Shown here: in pieces, positions 28,118-36,467 of the stretch | Position numbering within the stretch: position 1 is the first letter of the stretch | Layout of the letters: each line of letters starts with the position of its first letter | DNA from: Chloroflexota bacterium | GTDB taxonomy: Bacteria > Chloroflexota > Limnocylindria > P2-11E > CF-107 | Direction: 5' to 3' | Length of the DNA stretch: 64,000 nucleotides | Assembly (NCBI GenBank): GCA_005881435.1 | Contig: VBHP01000031.1 | Span: 15,242 to 79,241, forward strand | The notes under the pieces: generated by a model | Told to the model about the DNA's origin: nothing | What the model saw: only the letters and a program-made list of their open reading frames with translations | Database searches by the model: none | Made by a program: the position numbers and the translations under genes

Positions 28118-28573
28118 CTAAAACCCCGCCGGGGTGAGCGCCAGCACCTCGACCGTGTCGCCGACGCGGATTGGTCCGGCCGCGCGCACCACGGTGCAGA
28201 GCGCACCACGCCTGCCCCGCAGTGAGGCGCGGAAGGCGTCCGGATCTTCGACCGCGAGCATGCCGCCGATGTGCGTACAGGGCTCGCACTCGCCATTGAC
28301 TCGTAAGGTGAGGGCGCCGGCGCGCAGCAGCGTGCCGGGAACAAGGGCCGATACGCCCGGCAGTCCCTCGATCGTGATCTGCTCGCGAAGATCGCCCGGC
28401 CGGAGAGCGTGGGCGTCCAGCGTCGTGCGGTCGACCACGAGCAGCGCCCGGGTCTGCTTCTCGGCGTGCGAATCGCCGATGAGCCCGCCGCCCACGACCG
28501 CCCCCGCTTCATCGACCGAACGCGGCTGGACGCAGCGCTGTTCGTGGAGTTGGAGCGCGATGACCCGAGCCAT
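28118..28573 (-). CDS. MOSC-domain protein
   Basis: GDSHAEK..RALLVVD and a conserved Cys (CEPCTHIG), typical of MOSC. Confidence 0.75.
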   Translation of the reverse strand: MARVIALQLHEQRCVQPRSVDEAGAVVGGGLIGDSHAEKQTRALLVVDRTTLDAHALRPGDLREQITIEGLPGVSALVPGTLLRAGALTLRVNGECEPCTHIGGMLAVEDPDAFRASLRGRRGALCTVVRAAGPIRVGDTVEVLALTPAGF

Positions 28574-28590
28574 CCGGGAACGAGCGTAGA

Positions 28591-28620
28591 GGAATGGCGC
28601 CCGCTCGCGCGAGCGCCATT
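28591..28620 (-). terminator. GC-rich hairpin between yceI and the MOSC gene (possible terminator/attenuator)
   Basis: GAATGGCGC ... GCGCCATTC inverted repeat with an inner CGCTCG/CGAGCG pairing; weak U-tract. Confidence 0.3.
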
Positions 28621-28633
28621 CGTGGTCAGCTGA

Positions 28634-29173
28634 TCAGGCCGCGACGGCCGCGGCTACCTGGACCGCGGTGATCTCGAGCTCGAGCTTGATGCGCTCGCTG
28701 ACGAGCACGCCCCCCGCCTCGAGCGACTGGTTCCACCGCAGGCCGAAGGCGGTCCGATCGATGGAGCCGGTGGCGCTGATGCCGAGGCGCGTTCCGCGCT
28801 TCGAGTCGACCATCAGATCGCTGATCTCCGCCTCGAGCGACACCGGTTTGGTGACGTCACGGATGGTCAGGTCGCCGTCGACGCGGAATCGGTCCGGTCC
28901 GAGGCGATGCACTCCGCTGACGCGGTAGGTCAGATGCGGGTACTTCTCCGCCTCGAAGAAGTCCGCCGAGCGGAGATGGTTGTCCCGCATCGGCATGCCC
29001 GTTTCGACGCTGGCGGCATCGATCACGACCTCCGCTGTTGCCTTCTCCGGCTCCGCCGGATCGAGTTCGATTTCGCCACGAACGCCGCCGAAGCGGCCAC
29101 GTACGGTCGAGACCATCAGATGCTTTGCCGCGAACCCGATCGACGAATGTATCGGGTCAATCTCCCATTTCAT
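28634..29173 (-). CDS. YceI-family protein
   Basis: About 179 aa, N-terminus MKWEIDPIHSSIGF, YceI-like lipid/polyisoprenoid-binding beta-barrel. Confidence 0.85.
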   Translation of the reverse strand: MKWEIDPIHSSIGFAAKHLMVSTVRGRFGGVRGEIELDPAEPEKATAEVVIDAASVETGMPMRDNHLRSADFFEAEKYPHLTYRVSGVHRLGPDRFRVDGDLTIRDVTKPVSLEAEISDLMVDSKRGTRLGISATGSIDRTAFGLRWNQSLEAGGVLVSERIKLELEITAVQVAAAVAA

Positions 29174-29202
29174 ATCGAATACACACTCCTTTGCTGAGAC
29201 AT

Positions 29203-29232
29203 CTGTTGACGCAACAGCGAAGCCGGTACAAT
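29203..29232 (+). promoter_or_regulatory. Divergent yceI/hxlR control region: perfect palindrome CTGTTGACGCAACAG overlapping a TTGACG(-35)/TACAAT(-10) promoter-like pair
   Basis: Read directly in the sequence: 15-nt inverted repeat at 29203-29217, TTGACG at 29206-29211, TACAAT at 29227-29232, then a GAGGGG Shine-Dalgarno and the GTG start of hxlR. Confidence 0.4.
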
Positions 29233-29281
29233 ACTTCCCGATAGAAACTAGTTACCAAAAAGTGCGTAAGAGGGGTGCGGA

Positions 29282-29635
29282 GTGACCACCATTGGGGCGC
29301 CCGAGCTACGGCGCGTCGCAGCGAAGCACGTCTGCCCGGTCGAACGAACGCTCGCCATCGTCGGCGCGAAGTGGACGCTCCTCATCCTCCATAACCTGAT
29401 GGATGGCCCGCGGCGGTTCGGAGAGCTCGAGCGCCTCATCGCTGGCGCCAGCCCGAAGATGCTCACCGCGCGCCTTCGCGAGCTGGAGCAGCTCGGGCTC
29501 GTGTCCCGCACCGTGTTCGCAGAAGTGCCGCCGCGCGTGGAGTACGAGCTGACCGACGCCGGGACGAGTCTGAAGCCGATCATCGACTCACTCGCCGACT
29601 GGGGCGAGCGTCTCAAGCCAGCTCGTCCGCGATAG
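29282..29635 (+). CDS. HxlR-family transcriptional regulator
   Basis: HxlR wHTH signature CPVERTLAIVGAKWTLLILHNL...RFGEL. Confidence 0.85.
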   Translation: MTTIGAPELRRVAAKHVCPVERTLAIVGAKWTLLILHNLMDGPRRFGELERLIAGASPKMLTARLRELEQLGLVSRTVFAEVPPRVEYELTDAGTSLKPIIDSLADWGERLKPARPR

Positions 29636-29644
29636 GCCGGCGGC

Positions 29645-30010
29645 ATGCCGCGGCGCCGCGAGTTCGCCTACCTGACGACCACAGGCCGCCGCACCGGCCG
29701 CGAGCACACCGTCGAGCTCTGTTGCGGCGTCCGCGGCGACACGCTCTATTTCCTCTCCGGGGGCGGTGAGCGCGCCGACTGGATCCGCAACGCAAACGCC
29801 GATCCCCGTGTACGCGTGCGCCTCGGCCGCGAGACGGTCCAGGGCTCGGCCCGGTCGATCACCGATCCTGATGAAGAGCTCGCCGCGCGACGCGCGCTGG
29901 CCGCGAAGTACGAGGACTGGAGCGCCGGCAAACGACTCTCATCGTGGGCGCGCAGCGCGCTGCCGCTAGCGGTCGACATGCCGCCTGGTGCGATCGCCGA
30001 CGAGCGCTAG
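29645..30010 (+). CDS. Deazaflavin (F420)-dependent nitroreductase-family protein (Ddn/DUF385-like)
   Basis: About 120 aa; LTTTGRRTGREHTVEL...ADWIRNANADPRVRV resembles the Ddn-family split-barrel. Confidence 0.65.
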   Translation: MPRRREFAYLTTTGRRTGREHTVELCCGVRGDTLYFLSGGGERADWIRNANADPRVRVRLGRETVQGSARSITDPDEELAARRALAAKYEDWSAGKRLSSWARSALPLAVDMPPGAIADER

Positions 30011-30016
30011 GCGCCG

Positions 30017-31057
30017 ATGATCAGAGCCGAAGCACACGGCCGCGTGAACCTCATGGGCGAGCACACCGACTACAACCTCGGGCTCGTGCTGCCGACGCCG
30101 ATCCCGCAGCGCACCGTCGTGCAGCTCGAACCGCGCGCCGACGACACAATCCGGATCCGCGCTCGCGGCTTCGGGGAGGTCTCCTACCGCCTCGGCGCCG
30201 AAAAGCCGGCGCACGACTGGTCCGACTACGCGAAGGCCTGCACCGCAACGCTCCAGAGCTCCGGCGTCGGATTGCGTGGGTTCGACGCCGAGGTCACCAG
30301 CGACGTACCGGTGGGCGCGGGTGTGTCCTCTAGCGCGGCGTTCCTCGTCGCGCTGTTGCGTGCGATCCGCGACGCCTTCGCCCTGCAGTTCGACGACACC
30401 ACCTTGGCCTTGCTCGCGCAGCGCGCGGAGGTCGAGTTCGTCGGCGCGCGGGTCGGGATCATGGATCAGCTCGCGGCCAGTCGCGGTCACCTCGGCGAAG
30501 CGTTGCTCATCGACACCGCCGACCTCTCCGTCGACCGCGTCGAGCTGCCCCTGTCGATCGCGCTCGTGGTGATCGATTCCGGAGTGCGACACGCGCACGC
30601 CGGCGGCGGCTACAACACCAGACGCGCCGAGTGCGAGGAGGCGGCGCGCGCGCTCGGCCTACCGTCACTGCGGAACGTGCGCGACCTCGACGCGCTGGAG
30701 CGGCTCCCACCACTGCTTGCGCGTCGTGTCCGGCACGTCGTCAGCGAGAACGAGCGCGTGCAGGAAGCCGCGGCTGCGCTGTCCGGCGGGGACGTCGGTC
30801 GCCTGGGCCAGCTCTTCGACGCCTCGCACGCCTCGCAGCGCGACGACTTCGACGTCTCCATCCCTGAGGTGGACGCGCTCGCCGCTGCGCTCCGTCACGC
30901 CGGCGCGCTGGGTGCGCGCCTCACCGGCGGCGGTTTTGGCGGTTCCGTCGTGGCCGTCGCCGCTTTGGGGACGGAGCGGGAGGTCGCGAAGGCGGCGCGC
31001 CTCGCATACGAGCGACAGAGCGGTCGTAAGGCCTCGGTCATCCTGCCGCCGCCATGA
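30017..31057 (+). CDS. galK: Galactokinase
   Basis: GHMP kinase with RVNLMGEHTDYN galactokinase signature and PVGAGVSSSAA. Confidence 0.85.
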   Translation: MIRAEAHGRVNLMGEHTDYNLGLVLPTPIPQRTVVQLEPRADDTIRIRARGFGEVSYRLGAEKPAHDWSDYAKACTATLQSSGVGLRGFDAEVTSDVPVGAGVSSSAAFLVALLRAIRDAFALQFDDTTLALLAQRAEVEFVGARVGIMDQLAASRGHLGEALLIDTADLSVDRVELPLSIALVVIDSGVRHAHAGGGYNTRRAECEEAARALGLPSLRNVRDLDALERLPPLLARRVRHVVSENERVQEAAAALSGGDVGRLGQLFDASHASQRDDFDVSIPEVDALAAALRHAGALGARLTGGGFGGSVVAVAALGTEREVAKAARLAYERQSGRKASVILPPP

Positions 31058-31090
31058 GAGGTGGCGTCCGGCTTGCACCGTCGCCAGGCC

Positions 31091-31909
31091 ATGCCTCGCT
31101 CGATCTGGAAAGGTGTCATCAGCTTCGGTCTGGTGGCCATTCCGATCCGCGTGTATCTCGCCACCGAGAGCAAGTCCATCCACTTCCGCCTGCTCTGCCC
31201 GAAACACAAAGAACCGATCAAGATGCGCCGCTGGTGCGTCGAGGGCGAGCACGAAGTCGCATGGAACGAGGCGCTCCGCGGTTTCGAGATCTCAAAGGGA
31301 CGCTACGTGATCCTCGACGAGAAAGACCTGGAGAAGATCCCGCTGCCGACGACCAAGGCGATCGAGATCTCGCGCTTCGTCACCGAAGAGGAAGTGCAGG
31401 GCGAGCTGTACTTCCAGAGCGCCTACTACCTCGAGCCCGAGAAGGCCGCCGCCAAGCCGTACGCGCTGCTGCGCAAGGCGCTCGATGAATCGAAGCGCCT
31501 GGCCATCGCGAAAGTCGCGTTCCGCGATCGCGAGCACCTCTGCGCGCTGCGACCGGTGGACGAGGTGCTCCTGATGAACACGCTGTACTGGCCCGACGAG
31601 ATCCGCTCCTATCAGGACCTGGACCTTCCGGAGCGCGTGACCGTCAACGCGCGAGAGCTGCAGATGGCGAAGAGCCTCATCGACGCCATGACCGCCGAGT
31701 TCGATCCGTCCGAATTCAAGGATGAGTACCGCGAGGCGCTGCTCGAGCTGATCAAGGCCAAACAGAAGGGCAAGGAAGAGATCGTCGAGGTCGAAGAGCC
31801 AGAGCCGACGGCCGTCGCGGATCTCATGGACGCGCTGAAACGCTCGGTCGAGGCCACCAAGAAGGGCGAGCGCGCGCGAAAGGCCGGCCGCAAGCCGCGC
31901 GCGGCATAG
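31091..31909 (+). CDS. ku: Ku protein (non-homologous end-joining DNA-end-binding protein)
   Basis: MPRSIWKGVISFGLVAIPIRVY Ku core; lysine-rich C-terminal tail; slightly lower GC than the surroundings. Confidence 0.85.
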   Translation: MPRSIWKGVISFGLVAIPIRVYLATESKSIHFRLLCPKHKEPIKMRRWCVEGEHEVAWNEALRGFEISKGRYVILDEKDLEKIPLPTTKAIEISRFVTEEEVQGELYFQSAYYLEPEKAAAKPYALLRKALDESKRLAIAKVAFRDREHLCALRPVDEVLLMNTLYWPDEIRSYQDLDLPERVTVNARELQMAKSLIDAMTAEFDPSEFKDEYREALLELIKAKQKGKEEIVEVEEPEPTAVADLMDALKRSVEATKKGERARKAGRKPRAA

Positions 31910-31924
31910 CGCGCGGACCGCACC

Positions 31925-32822
31925 TCAGCTCGCCAGCGACAGGCGCATCTGCTCCGGTCCACGTTCGGGCTCGCCGCGGGGGTCGTCGCCGAAGCGATAC
32001 CGCAGCTTGAGCCGCTCGATGCGTCGATCGATATCAGCTGCGTAGCGGGGATCGGCATGCTGTCCTCTGGTATAGAGCGCGCGCTGGCTCTCCAGCAGGG
32101 CCGGGAACTCCGCGAGCAGGAAGGCGAAGTAGTAGTCCTTGACGTGCGGGTCGAGCTTCAGCAGCCGGGGATGCAGAAAGCACGCGTCGTTCGCCGCGGC
32201 GGCGAGGATCACGGCTTCGAGGGACTCTTCGGAGTCAGACAGGCCGGGCAGGATCGGCGCGACCAGTACGCCGGCGCTGACGCCGGCCTGGCGCAGCCGG
32301 CGCAGGCCCTCGAGTCGCTTCGCCGGCGGCGGCGCCAGCGGCTCGACGCGGCGCGCGAGATCAGGGTCAACGCTGCCGATGCTGAAGTAGACGCGGACCG
32401 ACGTCCGCGCCGCGAGGCGAGCGAGCAGGTCCGCGTCGCGGACGATCATCGCGGACTTGGTGACGATCGAGAGCGGCATGGGATGCTCGACCAACGCTTC
32501 GAGTGACTTCCTGGTCAATCGATACCGCCCCTCCGCGGCCTGGTACGGATCCGTCGCCGTCCCGAGCGCGATGCTGCCGCTGCGTTTCGGGCCCGACAGC
32601 TCGGCGCGCAGCACCTCCGCGAAGTTGAGCTTGACCTCGATCTGGCTGTCGAAACCGCGTCCGAGGTCGCGCCGCATCTTGGCGTGGTACTCGCGCGCGT
32701 AGCAGTAGGTGCAGCCGGCGGTGCAGCCCCGGTACGGATTGAGGCTCCAGTCGAACGGCATCCCCTGGACCCGCGTCATCGCGGTCTTGCACGTGATCGG
32801 CGTGTAACTCGCGAAAGCCATC
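31925..32822 (-). CDS. Radical-SAM protein, Rv2578c/SplB-like DNA-repair photolyase family
   Basis: CxxxCxxC as CTAGCTYCY near the N-terminus; ATG 32822 preceded by GGGGAG; the long upstream extension is rejected. Confidence 0.7.
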
Positions 32823-32849
32823 CGCGCTCCCCACGAACCGGTTATCGAC

Positions 32850-32868
32850 ACTATAGAACATTTGTTCT
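32850..32868. promoter_or_regulatory. LexA (Cheo/SOS) box aGAACatttGTTCt abutting a TATAGT -10 element on the minus strand
   Basis: Palindrome GAAC-N4-GTTC at 32856-32867, matching the Gram-positive/actinobacterial LexA consensus; minus-strand TATAGT at 32855..32850, about 31 nt upstream of the radical-SAM ATG. Confidence 0.5.
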
Positions 32869-32933
32869 CAATGCGGCGTGGCACCCCTAGTGCAGCCCCG
32901 GCGCAATCAACACCTGCGCGTGGAGGGAATGTC

Positions 32934-33758
32934 ATGCCTGCTACGCCGATCACCGACTGGGGCACGGCCTTCATGACCTCGATGGCCGCGGCGCTCGCGC
33001 TCCTGCTCGGTGGTATCCCCAAGCTCATCGCCTTCGCGCTCATCCTCATCGTCGGCTGGATCATCGCCAGCATCGTCGGCGGCGCCGTCAGCCGGCTGCT
33101 GCAGACGATCCAATTCGAACGGTTCGCCGAACGCTCCGGCCTGCGTGGGTTTGTGCGCCAGATGGGCGTGCAACTCGGCGCGTCCCAGCTCGTCGGCGAG
33201 CTGGCGAAATGGCTGATCCGCGTCGTCACGCTCGTCGTCGCCTTTGACGCGCTCGGCCTTCCGGCGGTGTCCCAAGCCCTGCAGAGCCTGCTGCTGTGGC
33301 TGCCGAACCTCGTTGTCGCGATCGTCGTGCTCGTGCTCGGCGGTCTCGCGGCGACAGCACTCTCGCGCCTGGTGCGAGGCGCGACTGCGGAGGCCGGCTT
33401 CAGCAATCCCGGTCTTCTGGCCACGATCACCAGCGTCGCGGTCTTGGCCTTTGCGGTCCTGATCGCGGTGAACCAGATCGGCGTGGCTGCGAACATCGTG
33501 AACATCCTCTTCACTGGCATCGTCGCGGCAGCCGCGTTAGCCTTCGGCCTCGCGTTCGGGCTTGGCGGCCGTGACGTCGCCAACGGCATCCTGACCAGTT
33601 GGTATCAGGGCGGCGCGAACGTCGGAGCTCGTACGAACCGCGTCGTCGCCGCCGCGCGCGAGCAGGCTGCGGCCACCGAGCCCGGCGCCACACGCCGCAT
33701 GACCGAGCCTGCGGAGAACGGCGATCTCGTCCCACCCGCGGAGCGCACGCGCCGCTAA
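32934..33758 (+). CDS. Membrane protein with conserved TM-helix repeats (MscS-associated 'TM helix' repeat-like)
   Basis: GGAGGG Shine-Dalgarno 7 nt upstream of the ATG; repeated amphipathic TM modules; Gly/Ala-rich. Confidence 0.5.
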   Translation: MPATPITDWGTAFMTSMAAALALLLGGIPKLIAFALILIVGWIIASIVGGAVSRLLQTIQFERFAERSGLRGFVRQMGVQLGASQLVGELAKWLIRVVTLVVAFDALGLPAVSQALQSLLLWLPNLVVAIVVLVLGGLAATALSRLVRGATAEAGFSNPGLLATITSVAVLAFAVLIAVNQIGVAANIVNILFTGIVAAAALAFGLAFGLGGRDVANGILTSWYQGGANVGARTNRVVAAAREQAAATEPGATRRMTEPAENGDLVPPAERTRR

Positions 33759-33767
33759 TCCCGCGCG

Positions 33768-33809
33768 CGCCAACAAAAGAAGCGGCGGCTCATCAAAATG
33801 GCCGCCGCT
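33768..33809 (-). terminator. Rho-independent terminator (bidirectional hairpin between convergent genes)
   Basis: AGCGGCGGC-N11-GCCGCCGCT perfect 9-bp stem, followed on the minus strand by GCTTCTTTTGTTG. Confidence 0.55.
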
Positions 33810-33832
33810 TCGTCACGTTGTGAGGCGGAGTC

Positions 33833-33913
33833 TTAGTGGCCGACGCCGAGCAGGAACAGCAGGATGATCAGGCCGAGGGGAACACCCAGCAGCCACAGCA
33901 GGATGAGGATCAT
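33833..33913 (-). CDS. 26-aa hydrophobic micropeptide (MILILLWLLGVPLGLIILLFLLGVGH)
   Basis: Strong GGAGGT Shine-Dalgarno 8 nt upstream of the ATG; single TM helix; lies between the membrane-protein gene and the terminator. Confidence 0.4.
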   Translation of the reverse strand: MILILLWLLGVPLGLIILLFLLGVGH

Positions 33914-33928
33914 CTTTGGTTACCTCCG

Positions 33929-34540
33929 TTAGCGCACGCCGATACGACGCGCGTCGGTCTCGTGCGTGACGAGATCGCGGCGCCGCTCGAGCGCGAGCGT
34001 CATAGGCTCGCCCGACGCCATCCAGCCACCGATCACAGAACCGATGAGGCCGATGAGCAAGCCGGCGACGGCGAATCGCGCCGCGTTTTCGGCCGCTGCA
34101 GCCGGGATGTTCTGCACCGCGGGCTGTCCGAGCGGGACGGCAAGGCCGGAGAACCAGCCACCGAGATAGGAAGCGCCGCCAAGTGCGATCGCAATCAGCA
34201 GGATCGGGATCCCCGACAGCCACACCAGAGCGCCGTGCAGTAGCGCCGGCTCGGCACGGGTGAAGCCGGCGATCTTTCCGGCGACCCACCCGCCGACGAC
34301 GCCCGAGAAGAACGCGCCGACGACGGCGAACAGCGCTCCGAGGAGCGTGACGTCGCCGTAGCGATTGATGGGCGCGGGCGCGCCGGTCTGATGCGCGCCG
34401 ACGGCGATACCGGTGAGACCGATGACCACGGCGACTGCCAACCCAGCGAGCACACCGACCCAGACTGCGCTCCAGTACACGGGCCAGGCACGCCAGGGCT
34501 CGCCGCGCCGAACGACAGTGACGTCCGCGTCGCTACGCAT
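33929..34540 (-). CDS. Hypothetical 4-TM membrane protein with GxxxG glycine-zipper helices
   Basis: VVGGWVAGKIAG and SVIGGWMASG motifs; co-directional with the AAA gene and the micropeptide. Confidence 0.5.
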   Translation of the reverse strand: MRSDADVTVVRRGEPWRAWPVYWSAVWVGVLAGLAVAVVIGLTGIAVGAHQTGAPAPINRYGDVTLLGALFAVVGAFFSGVVGGWVAGKIAGFTRAEPALLHGALVWLSGIPILLIAIALGGASYLGGWFSGLAVPLGQPAVQNIPAAAAENAARFAVAGLLIGLIGSVIGGWMASGEPMTLALERRRDLVTHETDARRIGVR

Positions 34541-34655
34541 AAAGCCCTCCTCGCGATAGATGCAGGCAGCAAATGCAGCCGCTGTGCCAGTGGCACCTTT
34601 GAAGAAGGGCTCGCTTCGGTGAGGATCGGTCAGGCGTGCGGAGGTCGCGGGTGAG

Positions 34656-35975
34656 TTACGCCGAAGCGGACGCCTGCACGAAGTAGCTTTCGCACGCCAA
34701 CGTCAGCAGCTCCGGTGAGAACGCGGGAGGCTCCTCGCGGTACGCCGCCATGTCGACGAGCTGCTCGACGATGTCGCGCGGATGACACGAGCGCGGGATG
34801 ATGCGCCGCTCGGCGCAATACGACAAGACCGTCGCGACCGCCTGCGGTTGGAAGGCGACGCCGGCGCGCTCGCAGACGCGGCGGAAGATTTCGGCGTACT
34901 CCTCCGGCGTGGGCGAATCGATGCGCAGCTTGTACCGAATGCGCCGCAGGAACGCCTCGTCGACAAGATCCGCCGGTGCGAGGTTCGTGGCGAAGACGAG
35001 CAGAAGCTCGAACGGAAGCTCGACCTTGGCGCCGTTGTGCAGCGTGTAGTAATCGACGCCGCGATCGAGCGGGACGATCCAGCGGTTCAGCAGCTCGGCC
35101 GGCGGCACCCGTTGCCTGCCGAAGTCGTCGATCAGCAAGATGCCGCCAGTCGCTTTCAACTGCAGCGACGCGTGATGGATTCGCGAGCTGGCCTGATATC
35201 CGAGATCGAGCAGCTCGAGGGTGAGCTCGCCGCCGGCGACGACGAGCGGGCGCGCGACCGCGATCCAGCGCGCGTCCATGCGCGTCCCGTCCGGAACGGG
35301 GAGCGGACGGTGATGCACCGGGTCGTAGACGCGCACGATCTGATCGTCGACCAGCACCGCGTGCGGCATCAGCACGGCTCCGGGTTGTGCCTTTCCAAGT
35401 ACTTCGGCGATCGTGGTCTTGCCGTTGCCAGGAGGGCCGAAGATGAACAGCGAGCGACCGCGGTTGAATGCCGGTCCGAGCGCATCGAGGACGCGTCGCG
35501 GCAGCACCAGATTCGCGAACGCTCGCTCGAAATCGGCGCGCCGCAGACGCGAGCGCACGCCGGCTTGGGCGCGAATGCTGGCGATGTAGTCGGTGACCGG
35601 CACCGGCGCGGGTCCGAGGTATTCGTTGCGCTCGAGCGCCTCGCGCGCCCGCATCTCGCCGGCTTCGGAGAGCCCGTATTCGAATGTCGAGGACGCGACG
35701 GCGGCGCTGCGACGGACTTCGGCCAGCCGCTCCGCCTTCAAGAATTCGAGGACGTTGTCGACGACGTGTCGCAACGGCAGTCCCAGGATCTGCGCCACGT
35801 CCGTGGCTGTGACCTGTCCGCGGCGGTAGAGCGCTTTCAGGACGAGGTCGACGAGAACGATGAAAGGAAGGCCGGTCTCGGCGATGGAGGCCGGTTCCCG
35901 CGGGACGGCTGGCGCCGCCGGAGCTGAAGCCGGGGCAGCCCTCGGGGCGCTCAGGACTTCGGTCGCCGTCTTCAC
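34656..35975 (-). CDS. AAA+ ATPase with an N-terminal winged-helix-like region
   Basis: Walker A IFGPPGNGKTTIA, Walker B LLIDDFG, sensor/arginine-finger region; GGAGGA Shine-Dalgarno before the start. Confidence 0.7.
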   Translation of the reverse strand: MKTATEVLSAPRAAPASAPAAPAVPREPASIAETGLPFIVLVDLVLKALYRRGQVTATDVAQILGLPLRHVVDNVLEFLKAERLAEVRRSAAVASSTFEYGLSEAGEMRAREALERNEYLGPAPVPVTDYIASIRAQAGVRSRLRRADFERAFANLVLPRRVLDALGPAFNRGRSLFIFGPPGNGKTTIAEVLGKAQPGAVLMPHAVLVDDQIVRVYDPVHHRPLPVPDGTRMDARWIAVARPLVVAGGELTLELLDLGYQASSRIHHASLQLKATGGILLIDDFGRQRVPPAELLNRWIVPLDRGVDYYTLHNGAKVELPFELLLVFATNLAPADLVDEAFLRRIRYKLRIDSPTPEEYAEIFRRVCERAGVAFQPQAVATVLSYCAERRIIPRSCHPRDIVEQLVDMAAYREEPPAFSPELLTLACESYFVQASASA

Positions 35976-36343
35976 AGGTCCTCCGTTTTCGGTCGCCGCG
36001 GGGCCGGGGTCCCATCCAGCCCTGGCGCGCGATCGTAAGGGCGACGGTCTGCAAAAGTCATCACTCCCCCGGTGGTACTAGGCATGGCGGCGGGGGACGT
36101 GGCAGTGGCGAGGTGGTGCGCGTGACCGCGCGGAGGTCAAAAGCGCGAAAAGGAGCGGTGAGACCGTCTAACGGGTGGCTCGTTCGGAGTGTTAGGACAG
36201 AGTCGTAGCTGCAAGGTCGCTCGGCGCGATGAACACTTGAGGCACAAGCGAGCGGCGCCGATTCAGCAGCGTTCGCGAGCAGCCGCGTCCCCCGCGCGCA
36301 CGTCATGATCCTGTCGTCCACCGTCGATGCGAGAATTGAGTCG

Positions 36344-36417
36344 GGGCCGCTAGCTCAACGGCAGAGCAGGAGACTTTTAATCTCTTGGTTCCGGGTTCGA
36401 GTCCCGGGCGGCTCACC
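36344..36417 (+). tRNA. tRNA-Lys (anticodon UUU)
   Basis: Manual cloverleaf: acceptor GGGCCGC/GCGGCUC with one G-U pair, D-arm GCUC-AACGGCA-GAGC, anticodon stem GGAGA/UCUCU with loop CUUUUAA, T-arm CCGGG-UUCGAGU-CCCGG, discriminator A, genomically encoded CC. Confidence 0.85.
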
Positions 36418-36467
36418 GCAGACCGGCAATCAGTCAAGTCATCGGCGCCGCGCTACGCTTCGACTGG

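Noticed and set aside
28023-28121. Short hydrophobic ORF after the aquaporin gene (…LQLAIALVVVGLVLIVFVSDSLAAVVIGILAITAAAFLAMRS)
   Set aside because: It has no in-frame ATG/GTG with a Shine-Dalgarno sequence. It may be a remnant or the 3' UTR of the aquaporin gene, and there is too little evidence to call a gene.
31061-31090. Extended Ku start (MASGLHRRQA...) in the ORF track
   Set aside because: It would begin only 4 nt after the galK stop, and the conserved Ku N-terminus begins at the internal Met (MPRSIWKGV); the shorter form was chosen.
31091-31909. Ku as part of a Ku-LigD operon
   Set aside because: No ATP-dependent ligase, polymerase or phosphoesterase domain gene is present within 15 kb on either side. 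Ku is therefore recorded as a solitary gene here.
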